Positions 57,183 through 64,000 of a stretch of 64,000 bases of DNA are shown here, in pieces (position 1 is the first letter of the stretch; the number at the start of each line of letters is the position of its first letter). Both the position numbers and the translations under genes were made by a program. Location of the stretch: positions 229,256-293,255 of the forward strand of contig PGYV01000001.1 in assembly GCA_002839855.1 (NCBI GenBank), read 5' to 3'. The notes below the pieces were generated by a model. It was given only the letters and a program-made list of their open reading frames with translations, had not been told where the DNA came from and searched no databases. This DNA is from Candidatus Goldiibacteriota bacterium HGW-Goldbacteria-1 (GTDB taxonomy: Bacteria > Oederibacteriota > PGYV01).

Positions 57183-57257
57183 ACGCACCCTAAAGGGTGC
57201 GGCTACCAATGCTAAACCAGGTTGCCAAGCCGCTTAACTGCCCAGCTGCCAAGCTGC
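57183..57257. repeat. REP-like cluster 12
   Basis: REP-B variant CACGCACCCTAAAGGGTGCGGCTACC; inverted 8-mer tract at 57223-57257. Confidence 0.75.
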
Positions 57258-57262
57258 TGCTG

Positions 57263-58009
57263 TTACTTAACCGCCCTTTTATCCACAAACCAAACTGTGC
57301 CCGTTTCCGGGGTGATTTTTGCGGCGGGGTATTCTTTTTTGTCTGTGCCGCGTTCTTCCAGCACTGACCTTATTATTTTGCCTTTGCCCTCACCGGAGAC
57401 TATAAAGACCACATTGCACGCGGAATTTATAACCGGCAGGGTCATTGTAACGCGTTCCTGAATATTATCAGCGGTTTTTAAACTTACCACCCATCTTTTT
57501 TTCTCGTTAACCGCTTCATGGCCGGGGAATAATGATGCCGTGTGGCCGTCCGTGCCCACCCCAAGCAGCATAAGGTCAAAAACAGGCGTCCTTTTTTTTC
57601 CGTTAACCGCGCCCATGGACATAAAAAACTTTTCCATCATGCGTTCATAAAGGATTGCCGCGTACGATGCGGGGGACACTTCCACCGGCACCCTGAAGAT
57701 ATTTTCCTGCGGTATATTTACCTTTGAAAGAAAGCTTCTGTATGTCATGTAATAATTGCTGTCGTCTGACGTATGCCCTGTGTAGCGCTCGTCTCCCCAA
57801 AAAACAAAAACCCTGCGCCAGTTGATTCCCGCGTTAACCTCAGCTTCCGCAAGTTTTTCATAAACCTGCTTTGGGGATTTTCCGCCGGATAACGCAATAA
57901 TACACCTGCCTTTATTTTCAATACTGCCCTTAATAATACCAGCTATATAAAGCGCGCTTTGGCCGCTTAGTTTTTTCATGTCAGGAAATTCATGAACCGT
58001 TATTTCCAT
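57263..58009 (-). CDS. pgl: 6-phosphogluconolactonase
   Basis: IALSGGKSP, FWGDERY, SNY, LLGVGTDGHTASLFP and RVTMT. Confidence 0.95.
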   Translation of the reverse strand: MEITVHEFPDMKKLSGQSALYIAGIIKGSIENKGRCIIALSGGKSPKQVYEKLAEAEVNAGINWRRVFVFWGDERYTGHTSDDSNYYMTYRSFLSKVNIPQENIFRVPVEVSPASYAAILYERMMEKFFMSMGAVNGKKRTPVFDLMLLGVGTDGHTASLFPGHEAVNEKKRWVVSLKTADNIQERVTMTLPVINSACNVVFIVSGEGKGKIIRSVLEERGTDKKEYPAAKITPETGTVWFVDKRAVK

Positions 58010-58035
58010 TTATCCTCCAAAATTCAAAACTTCTA

Positions 58036-59598
58036 TTACTCTTTTATTATCCACTTTCTTCCGTCTTTTTCAATCAGCATATCCGCTTCTTCAGGCCCCC
58101 ATGACCCTGCCTGATACATGTGAAGAAGCTGCTGTTTTTCACCTATCCTGCAGGCTTCCCACTGTTCAAGCACGGGCTGCAGCAGCTGCCACGATATTTC
58201 CAAGCCTTCTTTTGTCCAGAACAATGTCCTGTCCCCCTGCATGCAGTCCAATATAAGGGTTTCATAATCATCAGATACCTGCCCGCCGAATAAATCATTG
58301 TAATTAAATTTCATTTCAAGCGGGGCTAAGCACATTTTTGACCCCGGCGTTTTTGCCTGAAACGTAAGGTTTACACCCTGCTCCGGCTGAATACCGAATA
58401 CCAGTATGTTGGGAGACATAGTGTTGCCCTGATGTTCCCTGCAGAACATGCACGACGGGACTTTTTTAAATACAACGGCAATCTGTGATGTTTTACGTTT
58501 TAACCTTTTGCCCGCCCTTATGTAAAACGGGACGCCTTCCCACCGCTTATTATCCACAAACATCTTTAAGGCAAAATAAGTTTCAACACAGGAATCAGAA
58601 TTAACGCCCTGTTCCTGCCTGTAACCTGTCATATTATTGCCGGCAGCATACTGCCCCATTATCACACTATCTTTTAAACCGCTTAAATCAAAAGGGGTTA
58701 TTGATTTAAAAAACTTCATTTTTTCGCTTCTTATGCTTTCTTCGTCCAGTCCCGCCGGATGTTCCATCCCTATAAGGGCGGCAAGCTGCAGCATGTGATT
58801 CTGAAAAATATCCCTTAAAGCTCCGTATTTTTCATAATAACCCGCCCTGTGTTCCACGCCTATGTCTTCGGAAAAAGTTATCTGAATATTGTCAATATAT
58901 TCACTGTTCCAGACCGGTTCAAAAATCATGTTGGCAAACCTGAACACAAGGATGTTCTGCACAGTCTCTTTGCCAAGGTAATGGTCAATACGGTAAATCT
59001 GTTTTTCTGAAAGATATTCAAGTAATTCAATATTAAGCGCTTTGGCGCTTTCTTTATCACGCCCAAAAGGTTTTTCATACATGACCCTAATAAACGGTTT
59101 TTCATCCCCGTCTTTTTTTATCAGCCCCGCTTCATACAGGCATTTTGTAATTTTTCCGAAAAATTCCGAAGGAGTGGCCATATGCACTATCAGGTTGCCC
59201 CCGGTATTAAATTCCACAGCCAGTTCATCCGCTCGTTTTTTCAGATTTAACAAAGCCTCTTTGTCATCATAACCGCCGGAAATGTAATTGCACCTGTCCA
59301 GAAAACTTTTTAGCCGTATATCATTAACAATTTTTTTTGAATTTAACACCGCGTCTTTGGCGGTTTTTCTGAATGTGTCATTATCCATAACCGTCCTGGC
59401 ATACCCCAAAATAAAAAATTCTTCCGGCAGCCTTTTAGCCGCGTATAGATTATATAATGAAGGAAGAAGCTTTCTGTAAGTTAAATCGCCTGACGCGCCG
59501 GGTATTATTACGCCGCATTTTAACCCCTTTTGAATTTCGCACAGGGCATGAGCCTGCGCATTTACGTTTACCTGTATCGTATCATCTTGGCTTTTCAT
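58036..59598 (-). CDS. zwf: Glucose-6-phosphate 1-dehydrogenase
   Basis: GASGDL..RKL, EKPFG, RIDHYLGKE, RDIFQNH and RWEGVPFYIRAGK. Confidence 0.97.
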   Translation of the reverse strand: MKSQDDTIQVNVNAQAHALCEIQKGLKCGVIIPGASGDLTYRKLLPSLYNLYAAKRLPEEFFILGYARTVMDNDTFRKTAKDAVLNSKKIVNDIRLKSFLDRCNYISGGYDDKEALLNLKKRADELAVEFNTGGNLIVHMATPSEFFGKITKCLYEAGLIKKDGDEKPFIRVMYEKPFGRDKESAKALNIELLEYLSEKQIYRIDHYLGKETVQNILVFRFANMIFEPVWNSEYIDNIQITFSEDIGVEHRAGYYEKYGALRDIFQNHMLQLAALIGMEHPAGLDEESIRSEKMKFFKSITPFDLSGLKDSVIMGQYAAGNNMTGYRQEQGVNSDSCVETYFALKMFVDNKRWEGVPFYIRAGKRLKRKTSQIAVVFKKVPSCMFCREHQGNTMSPNILVFGIQPEQGVNLTFQAKTPGSKMCLAPLEMKFNYNDLFGGQVSDDYETLILDCMQGDRTLFWTKEGLEISWQLLQPVLEQWEACRIGEKQQLLHMYQAGSWGPEEADMLIEKDGRKWIIKE

Positions 59599-60562
59599 TA
59601 TTGCCCCCGGAATGTTTTACACCGCCTGCCGAAGGCGAATCTGTTTTCACATCCGCCTTTATGCCGGCAGTTTCGTGGCCGCCAAATTCATTTCGTAAAG
59701 CCGCGGTTATTTTATTGGCAAACACGTCCTTCTGCCTTGAATTAAACCTTTTAAACAGCGATGCCGCAATCACATCCGCTGCAACGCCGTTATCCACCGC
59801 TTCTTTTAAAGCCCAGCGCGCTTCGCCGGAATCCTGCACATATCCCTGAATAGATGACAGGTCTTTGTCTTTTTCAAAAGAATTTTCCAAAAGCCCCAGC
59901 ATCCACGACCTTATAACGCTTCCGTGGTTCCACGCCCCGGCAATATTTTTTAGGTCAAACCCGTCAGCGTAAGGCGAAGCTTTTAATATCTGAAACCCCT
60001 CCGCGTATGCTTCCATCATCCCGTACTCTATCGCGTTATGCACCATTTTTACGTAATGGCCGGCGCCCGCAGTACCGCAGTACAGGTACCCTTTTTCCGG
60101 GGAAAGCGTTTTTAACGCGGGCTCTATTATTTTAAACGCCTCTTTGCTGCCGCCTGCCGTTATGCCGTAGCCGCAGTTTAAACCCCACACGCCTCCGGAT
60201 ACGCCGGCGTCCACATACATTATGCCGTATTTTTTCAGTTCTTCCGCGCGGCTTATGTCGCCGCTGTAATGCGAATTTCCGCCGTCCACTATTATATCTC
60301 CCGCTTTCATTATTACCTTTAATTCATCTATGTGGTTCTGCGACACGTCGCCCGCCGGCAGCATAAGCCACACCACGCGCGGCGCTTCAAGCGAATCTAT
60401 TACCTCTTTAAGCGAATACGCGCCCTGTATCCCTTTTTCTTTCTGCGCTTCTTTTGTTTTTTCCGGCGTGCGGTTATACGCCGTGACGCTGTGGCCGCCG
60501 CGTGCAAGCCTAAGCGCCATGTTTAACCCCATTCTGCCAAGGCCTATTACAGCAAGTTTCAT
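59582..60562 (-). CDS. gnd: Decarboxylating 6-phosphogluconate dehydrogenase (short YqeC type)
   Basis: GLGRMG, DGGNS, VSGGVWG, GHYVKMVHNAIEYG and LRNEFGGH. Confidence 0.95.
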   Translation of the reverse strand: MKLAVIGLGRMGLNMALRLARGGHSVTAYNRTPEKTKEAQKEKGIQGAYSLKEVIDSLEAPRVVWLMLPAGDVSQNHIDELKVIMKAGDIIVDGGNSHYSGDISRAEELKKYGIMYVDAGVSGGVWGLNCGYGITAGGSKEAFKIIEPALKTLSPEKGYLYCGTAGAGHYVKMVHNAIEYGMMEAYAEGFQILKASPYADGFDLKNIAGAWNHGSVIRSWMLGLLENSFEKDKDLSSIQGYVQDSGEARWALKEAVDNGVAADVIAASLFKRFNSRQKDVFANKITAALRNEFGGHETAGIKADVKTDSPSAGGVKHSGGNNEKPR

Positions 60563-60577
60563 TTTATCCTCCGTATA

Positions 60578-62572
60578 TTATTTCTTTTTAAAAATCTCAA
60601 TTGCTTTTGCCGCTATATTTTCTGCTGTCATGCCGTATTGTTCCATTACCGTGCCGCCCGGCGCGGACGCGCCAAACTTATCAATTCCAATAACAACACC
60701 ATCACTGCCTGCAAGCCCTTTAAAGAATGCCGGATGAGAAGCTTCCACAACAATACGTTTTGTTAAATGAGAAGGTATTACTGATTCACGGTAAACTTCC
60801 GGCTGCCTTAAAAATATTTCATAGGACGGCAGTGAAACCACCCTTGCTTTTATATTACTGCTTTTTAAAAGCTCTGCGGACTTTAACGCGGGATGAACTT
60901 CTGAACCCGTGGCTATTATCAGTACGTCCGGGTTCTGCCCGCCATGTTCCAGCACGTAACCGCCTTTTTGCGCGTTTTCAAATACTTTATGTTTTTCGTT
61001 ATCCAGCACAGGCAGGTCCTGCCGTGTGAACACAAGCGCGAACGGTATCTTTTGAGTTACCGCCGTGTACCATGCGGCAACGGTTTCATTGGCATCAGCC
61101 GGCCTTATTACGGTAAGCCCCGGTATCATACGCAGCGACGGCAGCTGTTCCACCGGCTGATGGGTTGGCCCGTCTTCGCCAAGCCCTATGCTGTCGTGCG
61201 TAAATACAAATATAGAATGCGTTTTCATAAGCACCGCAAGCCTTATAGCCGGCCTCATGTAATCGGAAAATATCAGAAATGTGGCGGAGTAAGGAATTAT
61301 ACCGCCGTGCAGAGCCATACCGTTTATAATTGCGCCCATCGCGTGTTCGCGCACGCCAAAATGTATATTGCGGCTGCACATCCCCGAAATACCAAAACTG
61401 CCCTGCCCTTTTAACTCTGTCTTTGTGGAAGGTGATAAATCCGCAGACCCGCCCATAAATTCCGTCATATATTTTTCAATAATGTTCATTACTTTTCCGG
61501 ATGCCGTACGCGTGGCAATTTTTTCACCCTCCGGAAAAAATTCCAGATTTTTTAAAAGGACTTCATTAACACTGCCGCTTAAATATTTATCCAGCAGCCA
61601 CTGTTCTTTGGGGAAACTTAACCTGTAAGCGTCAATCCCGTCATTCCATTCGCGCTGTGATTGAATACCTGCTTTTGCAAGCTCCGTAAAATTATCCGAT
61701 ACTTCCTTTGGCACGTAAAAATCAGATTCTTCAGGCCAGCCAAAAAACCGTCTTGTCTTTATCACATTTTCTTTTCCCAGCGGCTCACCGTGCACCTGCG
61801 CTGTATCCTGCCGGGGAGAACCAAAACCAATATGTGTCCTTACCGTAATAAGCGAAGGGCGGTTTTTTTCCCGCCGTGCTTCGTTTATCGCCTGTTCAAT
61901 GTCATATGTATTATTGCCGTCAGCCACTATACTAGTGTGCCATCCGTACGCTTCAAATCTTGCCTTTACGTTTTCCGTAAAAGAAATATCAGTGTCGCCC
62001 TCTATGGAGATCCCGTTGTCATCATACAGGTATATTATTTTTCCAAGTTTCATGGTGCCGGCAAGGGACGCGGCTTCGGAAGCAACCCCTTCCATAAGGT
62101 CGCCGTCTGACACAATGCCATAAGTATAATGGTCTATTATATTATGCCCTTTTTTATTAAAACATCCGGCAAGTTTTTTTTCCGCGATTGCCATTCCCAC
62201 ACCCATTGCAAACCCCTGGCCCAAGGGCCCTGTTGTGGCTTCAACCCCGGGCGTAAGATTGTATTCCGGGTGTCCGGGAGTAATGCTTTCCCACTGCCTG
62301 AAATTTTTAAGGTCATCCAATGAAATACCGTATCCGTAAAGATGAAGAAGCGAATATAAAAGCGCGCTGCCGTGGCCCGCTGACAGGATAAAACGGTCCC
62401 TGTCCGCCCATTTTGGGTCAGCCGGATTGTGCTTTAAGAATTTGGAGTATAAGGTATATATCATGGGCGCCGCGCCCAAAGGCATGCCCGGATGTCCGGA
62501 TTTTGCCTTTTCCACCATATCAACTGATAACATGCGAAGCGTGTTTATTGAAAGTTCTTCTGTTATTTTCAC
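60578..62572 (-). CDS. tkt: Transketolase
   Basis: SGHPG, LSAGHGS, GDLMEG, GVREHAM and [16 protein letters not shown]. Confidence 0.97.
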   Translation of the reverse strand: MKITEELSINTLRMLSVDMVEKAKSGHPGMPLGAAPMIYTLYSKFLKHNPADPKWADRDRFILSAGHGSALLYSLLHLYGYGISLDDLKNFRQWESITPGHPEYNLTPGVEATTGPLGQGFAMGVGMAIAEKKLAGCFNKKGHNIIDHYTYGIVSDGDLMEGVASEAASLAGTMKLGKIIYLYDDNGISIEGDTDISFTENVKARFEAYGWHTSIVADGNNTYDIEQAINEARREKNRPSLITVRTHIGFGSPRQDTAQVHGEPLGKENVIKTRRFFGWPEESDFYVPKEVSDNFTELAKAGIQSQREWNDGIDAYRLSFPKEQWLLDKYLSGSVNEVLLKNLEFFPEGEKIATRTASGKVMNIIEKYMTEFMGGSADLSPSTKTELKGQGSFGISGMCSRNIHFGVREHAMGAIINGMALHGGIIPYSATFLIFSDYMRPAIRLAVLMKTHSIFVFTHDSIGLGEDGPTHQPVEQLPSLRMIPGLTVIRPADANETVAAWYTAVTQKIPFALVFTRQDLPVLDNEKHKVFENAQKGGYVLEHGGQNPDVLIIATGSEVHPALKSAELLKSSNIKARVVSLPSYEIFLRQPEVYRESVIPSHLTKRIVVEASHPAFFKGLAGSDGVVIGIDKFGASAPGGTVMEQYGMTAENIAAKAIEIFKKK

Positions 62573-62594
62573 TTTAGCCCCCTTGCCGGTTTTT

Positions 62595-63173
62595 TCACCG
62601 CGCGGGTTTTACATTTAACTTTTCATTATATGTATCAATTGAATACCTGTTTTCCGCGGGCAGGCGCGCCGGCCTGTTGTCTTCCTGTTCTTTCTGCCAG
62701 TCAGACAGGGCGGATATGTCGTTTCCTTTTTTACCCACGTTAATCAGCGTTATCACTTCAAATTCATCCGGTATAGAAAGCACTTCCCTTGTTTTTTCCG
62801 GCGAGTACCCCGCAATTGGGTGCGCCACAAGGCCAAGTTCCACGGCGCGCAGCATTAAATTGCCGACCGCTATTCCCGTATCAAAAAGGTAATACAGCCT
62901 GTCTTTTATCACGCAGTCAAAATCTTTTTTAGCAAGCACCGCTATAATCATGGAATCTTTATACGCCCATTCATTGCCTTTGTTTAAAGCCGTCTTTGCT
63001 TTTTCCAGCTGTTCTTTACCTTTAACAAAGATAAATTTTGCAGGCTGATTGTTAAAACATGAAGGGGCAAGGGACGCCGCATCAGCAAGCTGCTTTATTG
63101 TTTCATCGGAAATCTCCACAGGGTCAAACGCCCTGTGCGCCCGCCTTGCGTTTATCGCGCCTTTTACATCCAT
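62595..63173 (-). CDS. Nitroreductase family protein
   Basis: [16 protein letters not shown] and [10 protein letters not shown]. Confidence 0.9.
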   Translation of the reverse strand: MDVKGAINARRAHRAFDPVEISDETIKQLADAASLAPSCFNNQPAKFIFVKGKEQLEKAKTALNKGNEWAYKDSMIIAVLAKKDFDCVIKDRLYYLFDTGIAVGNLMLRAVELGLVAHPIAGYSPEKTREVLSIPDEFEVITLINVGKKGNDISALSDWQKEQEDNRPARLPAENRYSIDTYNEKLNVKPAR

Positions 63174-63198
63174 AATATGCCCCTTTTTAAAACGCTTT

Positions 63199-63543
63199 TT
63201 ATTTTACCTTTAAATCCTTTGTTAAATCCCCGAATTTTGAACATACGGCCTTAACCGTTATTTTATCACCGCTTTTAAGTTCCGGAATAACATATATAAG
63301 CTGCTGGCTTTTGTCATCCGTCTGCACGGTTGTTTCCTGGCTTATTTTTTTTACGCCGTTAACCGAAAGAATAATCTCGTCAACAAAATGCTTTGTAATG
63401 TCTTTGCTTGTGTGCATTACGTTTACCTTTACGGATTTTTCCGTAAGGTCATATTCCATGGATATTCCCGAAGGCGAATGCGCGGATACCGTTGCGCTGA
63501 TTACCAGTAAAGACGCAATGACAAACATAATTAATTTTTTCAT
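63199..63543 (-). CDS. Exported small beta-rich protein with possible His/Cys metal site
   Basis: Signal peptide ending VSA, mature N-terminal HSP, HFVDEI and CSKFG. Confidence 0.6.
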   Translation of the reverse strand: MKKLIMFVIASLLVISATVSAHSPSGISMEYDLTEKSVKVNVMHTSKDITKHFVDEIILSVNGVKKISQETTVQTDDKSQQLIYVIPELKSGDKITVKAVCSKFGDLTKDLKVK

Positions 63544-63555
63544 CTTTTCCTCCTT

Positions 63556-63747
63556 TTACCCTTTAAGGGTCATATAAATTACTATTCCGCCGTGAATAAG
63601 CGCGGTACACAAAAGAACAATGGCAAGCGTTTTATGCAGTTTTACCCTGTTTGGTATATTTATCCTGAAAAAACCCAGTATAAAAACAATAATCAGAAGC
63701 ACCGCGCTTGTAAGTCCAAGGCCTTTAATGATAAGTCCCCAGTCCAT
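63556..63747 (-). CDS. Small 2-TM membrane protein
   Basis: RBS GGAGG; two hydrophobic helices; H-x13-H in the second. Confidence 0.65.
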   Translation of the reverse strand: MDWGLIIKGLGLTSAVLLIIVFILGFFRINIPNRVKLHKTLAIVLLCTALIHGGIVIYMTLKG

Positions 63748-63760
63748 TTTATTACCTCCC

Positions 63761-64000
63761 CTATTTTCTTTTTTTTAGGAATTCCAGGACTTCTTTAATG
63801 TCCGGAACTTCCTTTATCGGATATATTTTTGACCACAAAACTTTTCTGTCAGGCCCCAGTATTATGTTAAACCTGCCGGAAATTCCCATTTTTTCTATGA
63901 ATACATCCATTTTTTTACATACTTCGCCGTGCGGCCAGAAATCTGACAGAAGGTCTGTCTGCTCTATTTCAAGGGATTCAGCCCACGCCTTTTTGGAAGG
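63761..64000 (-). CDS. Peroxiredoxin/AhpC-TSA family protein, C-terminal part (runs off the window)
   Basis: My translation: ...SKKAWAESLEIEQTDLLSDFWPHGEVCKKMDVF...GISGRFNIIL...EVPDIKEVLEFLKKRK*. LLSDFWPHGEV is typical of AhpE-like Prx. Confidence 0.8.
   Translation of the reverse strand, partial: PSKKAWAESLEIEQTDLLSDFWPHGEVCKKMDVFIEKMGISGRFNIILGPDRKVLWSKIYPIKEVPDIKEVLEFLKKRK

Noticed and set aside
23161-57257. CRISPR-array interpretation of the 26-bp repeats
   Set aside because: Copies occur in both orientations, in mixed families, with irregular spacing, at most a few per locus, and there are no cas genes.

Overview
64 kb of a bacterial chromosome, probably an uncultured diderm anaerobe (inferred from PorV-like barrels, FlgD/T9SS-type sorting tails, Thr-Pro linker glycoside hydrolases and hgcAB). 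Almost all genes are on the minus strand. From left to right: (1) a carbohydrate locus with a partial GH30 gene, twin palindromic operators, and an operon for a malectin/CBM9 secreted protein, PorV-TPR, HAMP-PP2C, STAS, anti-sigma and LacI. It is interrupted by an AT-rich STAND/Avs-like ATPase and an unannotated antitoxin pseudogene. (2) Housekeeping and transport genes. (3) Two arsenic/redox operons, one of which is a translationally coupled arsR-acr3-hgcA-hgcB unit encoding mercury methylation. (4) Several toxin-antitoxin modules, one of an unrecognised type. (5) Twin ~200-nt elements whose long closing stems are G.U-biased on one strand (candidate structured RNA). (6) A GH9 cellulase and a methyltransferase/ATP-grasp fusion. 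(7) A four-gene AT-rich defence operon (type IIG R-M, ParB-like, Dam-like, PLD-like) with a GC breakpoint inside the R-M gene. (8) Duplicated 66-aa Zn-ribbon genes and an AGE-epimerase gene with one nonsense codon. (9) The tkt-gnd-zwf-pgl pentose phosphate operon. Between 23 and 57 kb many intergenic spaces hold mosaics of at least four GTAG-footed REP-like hairpin families (about 30 copies) plus period-8 tandem tracts. I found no rRNA, tRNA, CRISPR array, integrase or transposase. All family assignments come from motif recognition by eye, not from database searches.
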